This document shows positions 32,776 to 42,707 of a stretch of DNA of 49,961 bases, piece by piece. This stretch comes from a bacterium (GTDB lineage Bacteria > Gemmatimonadota > Gemmatimonadetes > Gemmatimonadales > JACORV01). The notes beneath the pieces are model-generated. The model was not told the origin of the DNA, ran no database searches, and saw nothing but the letters and a program-made list of their open reading frames with translations. Position numbers and translations under genes: made by a program. The stretch's first letter is position 1. Each line of letters opens with the position of its first letter. The stretch spans positions 1 through 49,961 of the forward strand of contig JAJYLI010000002.1 in assembly GCA_021787855.1 (NCBI GenBank), given 5' to 3'.

Positions 32776-33959
32776 TGCCCGGCCGCGCGGGGCTCCTCGC
32801 GCTGCTGTGCGCCGCGGCCCTGGCGCCCGTCCCGGCGCGGGGCCAGGTCGCCGGCGCGAGCGGCGACCCGGCCGCCGGACGCGGCATCTTCGTCGAGCGC
32901 GGCTGCGTCCGCTGCCACGCCATCTGGGGCAACGGCGGCACCCTCGGGCCCGACCTCGCGACCGCCGGCTCCGGCGCGAGCATGCAGCAGCTCGCCGGGC
33001 TGCTGTGGAATCACACGCCGCGCATGATGGTCGCGATGCGCCAGCGCGGCTACGCGTGGCCGGCGCTCTCCGAGCCGGAGCTGGCCGACGTCATCAGCTA
33101 CATCTACTACGTGAAGCTGTTCGGCGAGCCGGGCGACCCGGACGCGGGCCGGCAGTGGTTCCGCGACAAGCGCTGCGTCGAGTGCCACCAGGTGGGCGAC
33201 GCCGGCGGGCGCGTCGGCGCGCCGCTGGACGGTTACGCGCGGTACGTGGCGCCGATCATGCTGGCCCAGGGGATGTGGGACCACGGGCCGGCGATGCAGG
33301 CCGCGCAACAGGCCCGGGGGGTCCCCATCCCGGCGTTCGAGGGCCGGGAGATGGCCGACATCCAGGCCTACATCCGCCGCGCGTCCGCGCAAAGCCCGCG
33401 CCAGGCGGTGCTGCTGGAGCCGCCGCAGCCGGAGCGCGGCCGGCGCCTGTTCGCCGCCAAGGGGTGCCCGCGGTGCCACGGCCCCGAGGGGCGCGGCACC
33501 GCCGCGGGCCCCGACCTCCGGGCCGCCACCCTGAACCTGAGCGTCTCCCAGATCGCCGGCGTGCTGTGGAACCACTCGTTCCAGATGGTGGCGCGCATGC
33601 GCCAGCACGGCGTCGGATTCCCCCAGTTCGCGGGAAACGACATGGCCGATCTCATCGCGTACCTCTACTTCCTGCGGTTCAACGACCCGGACGGCGACCG
33701 CGCCAACGGCGCGCGGATCTTCCGGGACAAGGGGTGCGCCGGATGCCACCGTCCGGCGCACGGCCCGCCCGTCGGCCCGGACCTGGCGCGCTCCGCGGCC
33801 GTCACGACGCCGCTGGGGCTCGTGGCCGCGATGTGGAACCACGCCCCGGCCATGTTCTCGGCGATGCAGGGCCACGCCGTCGCGTGGCCGCGGTTCGAGG
33901 GGAACGAGATGCGCGACCTGGCCTTCTACCTGCGGAGCCTCGCCCGCCCGGCGCGCTAG
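32775..33959 (+). CDS. periplasmic tetraheme c-type cytochrome built from four tandem modules of about 90-97 aa
   Basis: The ATG overlaps the NrfD stop (TGATG). Signal peptide present. CXXCH at residues 44, 134, 231 and 321 (CVRCH, CVECH, CPRCH, CAGCH), each followed by GPDL...(L/M)W(N/D)H...M...EM(A/R)D. Confidence 0.88.
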   Translation: MPGRAGLLALLCAAALAPVPARGQVAGASGDPAAGRGIFVERGCVRCHAIWGNGGTLGPDLATAGSGASMQQLAGLLWNHTPRMMVAMRQRGYAWPALSEPELADVISYIYYVKLFGEPGDPDAGRQWFRDKRCVECHQVGDAGGRVGAPLDGYARYVAPIMLAQGMWDHGPAMQAAQQARGVPIPAFEGREMADIQAYIRRASAQSPRQAVLLEPPQPERGRRLFAAKGCPRCHGPEGRGTAAGPDLRAATLNLSVSQIAGVLWNHSFQMVARMRQHGVGFPQFAGNDMADLIAYLYFLRFNDPDGDRANGARIFRDKGCAGCHRPAHGPPVGPDLARSAAVTTPLGLVAAMWNHAPAMFSAMQGHAVAWPRFEGNEMRDLAFYLRSLARPAR

Positions 33960-33993
33960 CGCCCCGCGCCCGCCGCGGCGAGGGGCGGGGCGC
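33959..33993. terminator. GC-rich hairpin between convergent genes
   Basis: GCGCCCCGC (33959-33967) pairs with GCGGGGCGC (33985-33993), leaving a 17-nt GC-rich loop. There is no U-tract. Confidence 0.35.
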
Positions 33994-33994
33994 G

Positions 33995-34791
33995 CTACAG
34001 GTCGCGCCGGGCGAAAGCGGCGAAGGCGACGAGCAGCGCCGCGGCGGCCACCGCGCCGAACACCGCGGCGTCGCGCCCGTCGAGCCCGGCGCGGATCACC
34101 TGCTGCGGATCGTAATACCGGAACAGCGAGACGGGACGGAGCGAGGCGATCGCGGGCCACACCCGCGCCGCGTAGTCCAGCACGTAGGAGCCGGCCATCA
34201 GTCCGGCCGTCCACGCGATCGCGTGCCCGGCTTCGCGGGCGAGGGCGGAGGCGGCGATCGCGACCGCGCCCCAGGCCGCGAACAGCAGCCACATGGCGCC
34301 CGCGACGGGGAGATAGGCCAGCGCGGACGCGCCGGCCACCGGGCCGAAGAGCAGCCCCACGAGGGTGCCGGCCCACGCCGCCAGGCCGAGGACCGCCAGG
34401 CCCCCCAGGAGCGCCACCAGGGCCGCCGTCACCTGCGCCGGCCGCGAGACCGGCCGCGCGGCGATCAGGTCCATGGTGCCCCGCCCGATCTCGCCCGCCA
34501 GCGCCGCGCACGGCACGCGCACCGCCCAAACGGCCATCATCAGCAGCACGAAGGGGTGGGTGTACCCGATGCCCAGGATCCCGCGCGCGCTCACGCTGCC
34601 CGCCAGGTCCGGGTTCACCAGGGCGAGCAGCTCGGGCGGCGCCGCCGCCAGAGCGGTCGCGAGGAAGTGCGACACAACGGGCTGCCGCGCCACGAACGTC
34701 ATGACCCACTCGAACAGGGCCAGCCCCAGCGCCAGCGGCACCAGCGGCACGCGATGCACTCGCGTGTGGTGTCCGAGCAGCACGCGCACGC

Positions 34792-34795
<4 letters not shown>
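33995..34795 (-). CDS. ABC-2-type transporter permease
   Basis: GTG at 34795 overlaps the ATPase stop (GTGA). About 6 hydrophobic segments. It is the C-terminal part of the chimeric ORF 33995..35722. Confidence 0.8.
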
Positions 34796-35683
<888 letters not shown>

Positions 35684-35837
35684 CGCCGTCAGGCCGCCGG
35701 AGCGCCGCGCGCCGCGCGGCACGGCGCCGCCGCGATGATGCGGATCGGCCCCCGTCTTCGTATCCTTGGCATCGGACGAGTGTGGCCCCGAACCCCCGGG
35801 GCGTCAAGCAGGCCGCGCCGCGCGCAAGGAGGTGCTC

Positions 35838-37106
35838 GTGCAGATCCGGGTCGCTTGGGCTCTGGCGGCGGCGCTGGGCGCCGCCGCGCCGCGGCTGCCG
35901 GCCCAGTCCACGCGGGACACGCTGGCGCCGCGCGTCGTCCCGGCCCCGCACGCCACCTGGGCGCGCCGTCGGCCGGCGGCACCCGGCGGCCAGCCGTCCG
36001 CGGAGCCGCCCCGCCGGGTGGAGATCCACGGGCTGATCCTGGTCAACGGCTTCTACGACGGCGCGACGTTCGACGACCCCGACGTGCCGCGGTGGCTCGC
36101 CGCCACGCAGGATACCAGCGGCCTGCCCAACAGCCGCATCGGCGGCCTGCTGCGGCAGACCCTGGTGGGCATCACCGCGCGGCCGGGCCGGGTCCTGGGC
36201 GCCGATCTCGAGGCGCAGGCGCAGCTGGACTTCTTCGGCGCCGCGCCCGGCACGAGCCCGTCCCGGCTCCTCACGCCCCGCGTCCGGACCGCGCACGTCC
36301 GCCTGGCGTGGAGCCATGTCCGGCTGCTGGTGGGGCAGGAGAAGCCGCTCGTCTCGCCCCAGTCGCCCGTCTCGTTCGCGGCCGTGGGGCGCGCCGAGTT
36401 CGCGGGCTCCGGCAACCTGCGGGCCTGGATTCCGCAGGCGCGGCTGACGCTCGAGGTGGGGAGCGCCCTGAGGATGGGCGTGCAGGCCGCGGCGCTCGAC
36501 CCGCTGCAGGATTCCGCGGCCGACCTCGCGTCGCCGGCCCAGAGCGGCCTGGGGGAGAAGAGCGGCCGGCCCAGCGCGGAGGGCCGGCTGTACGTCGCGT
36601 GGGGTCCGGGCGACCACGCCAGCAGCATCGGTTTCGGCGCGCACCGCGGCTGGCTCGCGACCGCCACGGCGGCGACCCTGTCGAGCGAAGCGCTCACCGC
36701 GGACTTCCACATCGTCCTGGGCCCGGTGGCGCTCACGGGCGAGGGCTTCACCGGCCAGGCACTGGCGGGGCTCGGCGACGGCGGGATCGGGCAGGACATC
36801 GGACCGCAGGGACAGCTGGTCCGGACCACGGGCGGCTGGGCTCAGCTCGACATCCGCCCCGCGCGCTCGTGGGAATTCGGCGGCGGGTACGGCGTGGACG
36901 ACCCCGACGACGCGGATCTCGCCACCGCCGCGGGCGCGTTCCCGCCCGGGGCCCGGCTCCGCAACGAGACCTGGGAGGGCCACCTGCACCTCTTCCCGGG
37001 CGCCGGGCTGCTGCTGGGCGCCGAGGTGCGAGGCCTGCGGACCACCTATCCCGCCGAGGTAATGTCCGCCACGCAGGTCAACGGGTTCGTGGGGATGTTC
37101 TTCTGA
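35838..37106 (+). CDS. putative outer-membrane beta-barrel (porin-like) protein
   Basis: AAGGAGG lies 5 nt upstream of GTG 35838. Signal peptide ...APRLPAQS. Alternating beta-strand pattern and a C-terminal aromatic signature ...VNGFVGMFF. Confidence 0.65.
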   Translation: MQIRVAWALAAALGAAAPRLPAQSTRDTLAPRVVPAPHATWARRRPAAPGGQPSAEPPRRVEIHGLILVNGFYDGATFDDPDVPRWLAATQDTSGLPNSRIGGLLRQTLVGITARPGRVLGADLEAQAQLDFFGAAPGTSPSRLLTPRVRTAHVRLAWSHVRLLVGQEKPLVSPQSPVSFAAVGRAEFAGSGNLRAWIPQARLTLEVGSALRMGVQAAALDPLQDSAADLASPAQSGLGEKSGRPSAEGRLYVAWGPGDHASSIGFGAHRGWLATATAATLSSEALTADFHIVLGPVALTGEGFTGQALAGLGDGGIGQDIGPQGQLVRTTGGWAQLDIRPARSWEFGGGYGVDDPDDADLATAAGAFPPGARLRNETWEGHLHLFPGAGLLLGAEVRGLRTTYPAEVMSATQVNGFVGMFF

Positions 37107-37113
37107 GAACCCC

Positions 37114-37653
37114 TCACCTCTTGCGCTTCACGGCCCGGAACGCGCCCACCTGGTACGATGAACCGGAGCTCGGGCTGGTATACCACACCTCGCCGGTGAT
37201 CGTGTCGGCCTGGAACACGCCCTTGAGCTCCATGAAGCCGCCGGAGCGCGGCGTCGGGAAGTGCACCACCAGGCTCTCGCCGGGCACCGGCCACCAGGCG
37301 GCCGCCTCCCCCACGCGCCCCCGCGGGGCCCGGGTGTAGCCGGGGACGCTCACCGTGGCGTCGAGCTGGGTGCCCGAGGCGGCGCTGGAGAACGGCAAGG
37401 CGAGCTGCTGGTAGCCCAGGCGCAGCATCCCCGGCGCGGGCCGCGCGGGGCGCCGGAAGCGCGGCGAGCCGCGCACGGCCAGCGTGGTCGTCAGCGTGTA
37501 CGCGCCCACCGCGTGCCGCGGCCCGATCACGGGCGCGGCGGGATTCGACACCGGGGCCGGGGGCGGCGCGGGACGCGAGCAACTCACCAGCAGCGCCGCG
37601 CCGAGGCCCCCCACCCACGCGAGCCGGGCGCCGTTCCTGGCGCGGTGGGCCAC
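37114..37653 (-). CDS. hypothetical lipoprotein
   Basis: High GC3 and lipobox ALLVSC. GTG 37653 is chosen so the gene does not overlap the upstream gene; the ORF-caller start is 37722. Confidence 0.55.
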   Translation of the reverse strand: MAHRARNGARLAWVGGLGAALLVSCSRPAPPPAPVSNPAAPVIGPRHAVGAYTLTTTLAVRGSPRFRRPARPAPGMLRLGYQQLALPFSSAASGTQLDATVSVPGYTRAPRGRVGEAAAWWPVPGESLVVHFPTPRSGGFMELKGVFQADTITGEVWYTSPSSGSSYQVGAFRAVKRKR

Positions 37654-37714
37654 CCCCCGATACGCGACGGGCGGCCGGTGGCCGCCCGTCGCGCGAACCG
37701 GGCCGTGCGCGCGC

Positions 37715-38803
37715 TCAGCCAAAGAGCAGGATCCCCGGCGCGAACACGAGATAGGTCCCCGCCCAGTACACGGAATAGAACCCGACCACGATCTGGTACA
37801 ACGCGAGCGTCTCCGTGGCGGTGAGCGCGTTGCCGTTGGCGTCGGTGATCGTGGGCGCGTTGGGTGTGCCCGAGATCTTCGCGAACAGAGTGCCGTTGAG
37901 CTTGACCTGGGCGTCGAACGTCGTGTCGGTCCCGCTGCCCACCAGCTCCACGGTGCCGTTCTTGCTGAAGGTCCAGTCGAACACCTCCGCGCCGGAGGCG
38001 GACACGGTCGTCATCATCGTCACGGTGGCGCCGTTGCCGCTGAGGTCGAACGTGTCGGCGAGGCTGCTGTCCGCCAGCGTGAACGCGTGGTTCAGGTCGA
38101 AGTTGATCTGAGGCCCGCCGATCAGCACATCCTGGACGTACCCCGTCGTGGAGAGCGTCAAGGTCGTCGTGGTCCGGACTTCGGAGATCGTGTAGTCGGC
38201 CGCGGTCCCGGAGGCGACGTGCACCACGATGTGCAGCGCGTTGGCGGCCGCGGTGCTCACATCCGCCAGATCCACGTAGCCGGTGGTCTGGAGGCCCGGG
38301 TTGGGCATCCCGCTCGCCGTGTCCACCTGGTAGAGGATGAAGCGCACGCCGTTCGAGGGCACCGCCGGCGCGCCGGGCAGGGTATAGGTGGAATCCTTGA
38401 TCCGGTACCCGGGCGGCACGGTGGTGGCGTCCCACTGGAACGTCTTGCCCAGGATGTTGGCCGGGAACAGGGCCTGGAGCGCCGCGGGCCGGGCCAGCGC
38501 CATGCTCCGCATGAGGCTCGCCGTCCGCAGCGCGGCCGTGGCCCCGCCCCCGCCCCCCGCGGTACCGGGCTGGGCCGCGGGCGCGGTGGCCGCGACCATC
38601 GCCGCCCCGGCGAAGCCCGGCGTGTACAGCAGCGCGTTCAGGCTGATGAGGGCGGAGTTCTGCATCAGGGTCGAGGACATCCCCGACACCGCGGTCGCCA
38701 TCGTCGTGGGGTCCGTCGTCGTGGGGGCGGTGCTCTTCTCGCACGCCCCGACCAGCAGCGCCGCCGCCAGGGCGCCCGGAACCAGCCGTCTCATCGCCGC
38801 CAT
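37715..38803 (-). CDS. hypothetical Thr/Ala-rich lipoprotein
   Basis: 362 aa. GGAGGCAGGGCG upstream of the ATG, lipobox LLVGAC, and a C-terminal hydrophobic segment. Confidence 0.65.
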   Translation of the reverse strand: MAAMRRLVPGALAAALLVGACEKSTAPTTTDPTTMATAVSGMSSTLMQNSALISLNALLYTPGFAGAAMVAATAPAAQPGTAGGGGGATAALRTASLMRSMALARPAALQALFPANILGKTFQWDATTVPPGYRIKDSTYTLPGAPAVPSNGVRFILYQVDTASGMPNPGLQTTGYVDLADVSTAAANALHIVVHVASGTAADYTISEVRTTTTLTLSTTGYVQDVLIGGPQINFDLNHAFTLADSSLADTFDLSGNGATVTMMTTVSASGAEVFDWTFSKNGTVELVGSGTDTTFDAQVKLNGTLFAKISGTPNAPTITDANGNALTATETLALYQIVVGFYSVYWAGTYLVFAPGILLFG

Positions 38804-38930
38804 CGCCCTGCCTCCGTCGCTCGACCAGGTCCTGCGAAGGGTACCGCGCCGCCGGGAGGCCGCGCGGTGACTCTCCGCACATTACACCGCCTGCCTTCCG
38901 GGCGCCATCCGCGGCGCGGCGCCGGCCCGC

Positions 38931-40973
38931 TCACGCCTCGATCACGAACCCCAGCCGCTCGCCGAGCGGGGCGAGCCGCCGCGCCTCCGCCTCCGGCAAT
39001 CCCGCGCGGACCTCGTGGAACAGCGTCTGCGCGTCGAACGGAACGGTCCGCCCCGCGAGCTCGAGCACGTCGAGGAGGTCGAGGGCGGCCGCGCACGCGG
39101 CGTCGGAGCGGTCCGCGGCCAGCGCGGCCACGCGCGCCACCAGGCTTCGCTCCGCCGCGTCGCCCAGGGTGGTCTCCCCCTCGCACAGCGCGCGCCGGTC
39201 CTCGGGCGAGAGCGCGCGCTCGGCGATCCCCGCGAGCAGCGCCTCGCGCACCGCGTCGCGCTCGCGCTCGGTCAACGCGTCGGAGGCGAACCGCGCCGCC
39301 GCGCCCGGGCCATCCCCGGGTGCGCGCGCCCAGGCGGTGAACCGCCAGCCGTCCTTCCCCTCCACGCCGGTCTCGAAGTCGGACGCGCCGCCGGTGCGCC
39401 GGTGCACCAGGCGCACCCGGCCGGCGTCGCCGGTGGCGTCGTAGCCGCACACGGGGCCGTCCGGCGCGCCCGGCGCGAAGGCGCGTCGCGCGGCCCAGCT
39501 CGCGGCCACGCGCGCGGCCGGCGGCGCCGCCGGCCGTGCCCGCTCCAGGTAGGCCCGCTGGCCGTCGCCCACCGCCGCCTCGTTGCTCGGCGCGGCGGCC
39601 AGGCGCCCGGAGAACCCGGGCTCCAGCCGGTCCCGGTCGCCGGACAGCTCGATGGCGTGCGCGGCGTAGCGCAGCACCTGCAGCGCCTCCAGGCCGCCGA
39701 TGTCGTCGAAGAACCAGGCGCACGAGGTGAACAGCGCCAGCGCGTCGAACTCCATGAGCAGCAGCTCGCGCGCGCGCACCGACGCCGCCGGGCTCAACGG
39801 CCGCTTCGCGTGCGCGGCGACCAGCGCGGCCGGCGCCGCGGGGTCCGGGCCGAGCGCGCCGCCGTACGCGTCGCGCACCGCCCAGGGATCGTCCAGCAGC
39901 GCCCCGGCCTCCCGCTCGTACACGGCGTGCAGCTCCCCCGCGAGCCAGTCCATGGCCGCGCGGAGCGGGGCGCGCCACCGCTGCTGCCAGCCGCGCTCCG
40001 GCGCCGCCTTGCAGCCGCAGTCGCTCCGCCAGCGCTCCACGCCGTGCGCGCAGCTCCACGAGGTCGGCGCCACCAGCCCGGCCGCCTGCCCGGGCGGGTG
40101 GGCGGCCAGAAACGCGGCGTAGTTCGTCACCGCGGCGGGCTCCGCGCCGGCGGCCGGCTCGCGCAGGATCTCCAGCACCCGGGCCAGCGCCATCTCCCCG
40201 AAACGGTGGTGGTGCCCGAAGGTCTCCCCGTCCACGGCCAGCGACGCGAGCCGCACGGGGGCCGCGCGGTCGCCGGTCCCGAGCAGCCGGCGCGCCCACA
40301 CGAACGCGTCTTCGAGCAGCTCGCCGAAGGCCACGTCGTGCGACAGCGGCCCGTCGTACACGCACAGCGCGATGTCGCGGCCGCCGCGGGTCCGGTATCG
40401 GAGCGGCAGCCCGGCCGGCGACGGGCGCGTGACCTGGTGCGGGCCCAGCACGGTGAACGCGATGCCCTCCTGCGCCAGCACGTCCAGGGTCTCGTCGTCC
40501 ACCGCCGTCTCGGGCAGCCACAGGCCCTCGGGCTCGCGGCGGAAGCGGCGGCGGAAGTCCGCGATCCCCCAGCGCACCTCCGTGACCTTGTCGCGCCGGG
40601 TGGCGAGGGGAAGGATGATGTGATGGTACGGCGCGGCGATCGCGTTGCCGTGGCCCGTGCGCCGCCTGCTCTCGGCGTCCGCCTCCAGCACCGCGCCGTA
40701 GGTGCGGGGCGCCTCGCGCTCCAGCCACTCCAGCAGCGTCGGGCCGAAATCGAAGCTGATCCACGCCAGGGTGTTCACGATCCGCGCGATGCGCCCGCCG
40801 GCGCCGGGGACCCTGGCCGCCGCCACCGCGCGGTAGCATTCCTGCTCCACCCGGCGGTTCCAGTCGTGGTACGGCGCCGCCGAAGGCTCGGTCTCGACCA
40901 TGTCCAGCCACGGGTTCTCGCGCGGCGGCTGGTAGAAGTGACCGTGCAGCACCACCGACGCCGCGGGCGTCAT
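38931..40973 (-). CDS. glycoside hydrolase family 57 protein with DUF3536-type C-terminal region
   Basis: The ATG at 40973 overlaps the upstream stop (ATGA). The protein starts MTPAASVVLHGHFYQPPRENPW, with YHHIILPL and EGLWLPETAVD. The upstream 549 codons of ORF 38931..42620 are an artefact. Confidence 0.88.
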   Translation of the reverse strand: MTPAASVVLHGHFYQPPRENPWLDMVETEPSAAPYHDWNRRVEQECYRAVAAARVPGAGGRIARIVNTLAWISFDFGPTLLEWLEREAPRTYGAVLEADAESRRRTGHGNAIAAPYHHIILPLATRRDKVTEVRWGIADFRRRFRREPEGLWLPETAVDDETLDVLAQEGIAFTVLGPHQVTRPSPAGLPLRYRTRGGRDIALCVYDGPLSHDVAFGELLEDAFVWARRLLGTGDRAAPVRLASLAVDGETFGHHHRFGEMALARVLEILREPAAGAEPAAVTNYAAFLAAHPPGQAAGLVAPTSWSCAHGVERWRSDCGCKAAPERGWQQRWRAPLRAAMDWLAGELHAVYEREAGALLDDPWAVRDAYGGALGPDPAAPAALVAAHAKRPLSPAASVRARELLLMEFDALALFTSCAWFFDDIGGLEALQVLRYAAHAIELSGDRDRLEPGFSGRLAAAPSNEAAVGDGQRAYLERARPAAPPAARVAASWAARRAFAPGAPDGPVCGYDATGDAGRVRLVHRRTGGASDFETGVEGKDGWRFTAWARAPGDGPGAAARFASDALTERERDAVREALLAGIAERALSPEDRRALCEGETTLGDAAERSLVARVAALAADRSDAACAAALDLLDVLELAGRTVPFDAQTLFHEVRAGLPEAEARRLAPLGERLGFVIEA

Positions 40974-42700
40974 ACGCGCGCCAGGGCGCCCCGCGCCCCC
41001 TTCCCCCCCGGGACCGCGGCCGCGATCTGGGCCAGCACGTCGGGGAACACGGGGTCCCGCCCCTGAAGCTCTTCCGCCAGGCGCACCGCCCCGTCCGGCA
41101 GCGCGCCGCTCGAGGCCGCCTCCTCCAGCGGCCCCAGCAGCCGTTCCAGGTCGTCCGCGTGGAGGGTGAAGCGCCGCTGCGCGTAGTCCTTCACCGCGCC
41201 GGTGGAGATCAGGAACTGCCAGTCCGACGCCTGCGCGAGCAGCAGCTCGCGCGCGGCCTGCGCCAGCACGGGCCGCGCGTCGAGAGCGCCCAGGAGTCGC
41301 GGCGCCACCTCCCAGAACCGGTCCTCGAGCCGCCACAGCCGCTGCCAGGTCCACGCCGTCGCGTCGTTCATCCACATCCGGTCGTCGCCGCCCGTGCCCC
41401 ACGAGCCCGAGCCGAGCTGGATCGCGATGCGCGGCGGGTGCGCGTCGAGGTGTTCCGACGCCGTCACCGGGCGCACGGCGCCGCCGTCGGCCAGGTTCCG
41501 ATAGACGGCCGCCAGGAAGTCCACGCCCTCGAACCACCAGTGGCCGAACAGCTCCGTGTCGAACGGGGCGGCGACCACGCCGTCGCTGCCCACCGCGGCG
41601 GTGGCCTGCGCGCCCGCCAGCAGCGAGGTGAAGTGCGAGGCGTGCAGCGCCGCCTGCGCCAGCGCGGCCGAGGGATCGTAGGGGCGCTTGGCGCCGAGGT
41701 CGGTGTGGGGCGCGCTCACGCGCCACAGCTTGAGCCCGCCCGGCCAGCGGATCTTGTGGAACTCCAGGTACCACTCGTCGCCCGGGTAGCCGAGCTGGCG
41801 GCTCCACACCTGCATCGAGGTGCGGGGGTCGCGCACCAGCGCGCCGACGCGGCGCTCCGCGCCCGCGCCGGCGGCCAGCGACCCCGCCAGGTAGGCGCGG
41901 TAGGGGGAGCGCCGCGCGCCGCCGCCCGCGCGGGGCGCGTCGCCGCTCGCCGCGCCGAGCCCCCCGCCTGGGACGCCCGGCACCTCGGCGTAGCCGCCGA
42001 GCGCGCTGCCGGCTTCCGCCAGGTGCGCGTCGGTGAAGGTGTAGCGGAACCCGGCCGCCGCGAGATGCTCCTCGATCCCGGCGCGCGGTCCGGGATGCGG
42101 CGCGCCCGCGGGGCCCCACCAGCCGCGGGGCCGGTAGGCGCACTCGGGCAGCCAGCAGCCGGTCGCGTCGCGATGGAACAGGCGGCGGTGCTCCGCGCGC
42201 GCCACCGCGAGCTGCAACCGGATCGAGGCGTCCCGCCCCAGCAGGGGCAGGTAGCCGTGGGTGGCCGCGCAGGTCATCAGCTCGATGTGGCCGGCCGCCG
42301 CCAGCCGCGCGAACGCGCCCACGATGTCGCGGCCCTCCGCCTCGAACCGCGCCTTGAGCCGCTCGAGCCGCGCCTGCCAGAAGTCCACCAGCGGCAGCAG
42401 CGCGCGCTCGCCGTTCGCGGGCAGCGTCCGCCGGGCCTCCTCGCACGAGGCCAGGCGCTGCCCGAGAAAAAAGTCGAACTCGGCGCCGAAGAAGGGGTCC
42501 GCGAGCTGATTGGCCAGCACCGGCGAGAAGCCGATGGTGAGCGGAGCGCGCACCCCGCGGCCGGCCAGCTCCCCCACCGTCTCGACCAGCGGCAGGTAGG
42601 AATCCAGCGCCGCCTCGCACACCCAGTCGCTGCCGTGCGGCCAGCGCCCGTGGCGGAGGACGTACGGCAGGTGGCTGTGGAGGCCGAGGACGAACTCCAT
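40970..42700 (-). CDS. GH57-type 1,4-alpha-glucan branching enzyme (DUF1957 C-terminal domain)
   Basis: 576 aa. Motifs MEFVLGLHSHLPYV, GCWLPECAY and TELFGHWWFEG. Confidence 0.88.
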   Translation of the reverse strand: MEFVLGLHSHLPYVLRHGRWPHGSDWVCEAALDSYLPLVETVGELAGRGVRAPLTIGFSPVLANQLADPFFGAEFDFFLGQRLASCEEARRTLPANGERALLPLVDFWQARLERLKARFEAEGRDIVGAFARLAAAGHIELMTCAATHGYLPLLGRDASIRLQLAVARAEHRRLFHRDATGCWLPECAYRPRGWWGPAGAPHPGPRAGIEEHLAAAGFRYTFTDAHLAEAGSALGGYAEVPGVPGGGLGAASGDAPRAGGGARRSPYRAYLAGSLAAGAGAERRVGALVRDPRTSMQVWSRQLGYPGDEWYLEFHKIRWPGGLKLWRVSAPHTDLGAKRPYDPSAALAQAALHASHFTSLLAGAQATAAVGSDGVVAAPFDTELFGHWWFEGVDFLAAVYRNLADGGAVRPVTASEHLDAHPPRIAIQLGSGSWGTGGDDRMWMNDATAWTWQRLWRLEDRFWEVAPRLLGALDARPVLAQAARELLLAQASDWQFLISTGAVKDYAQRRFTLHADDLERLLGPLEEAASSGALPDGAVRLAEELQGRDPVFPDVLAQIAAAVPGGKGARGALARV

Positions 42701-42707
42701 CCGGCGG

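Noticed and set aside
40974-42620. N-terminal 549 codons of the 1229-aa ORF 38931..42620
   Set aside because: This part overlaps the GH57 branching-enzyme gene in a different frame and translates to low-complexity sequence. Recognisable GH57 sequence begins exactly at the internal ATG 40973 (MTPAASVVLHGHFYQPPREN), which forms an ATGA overlap with the upstream stop.
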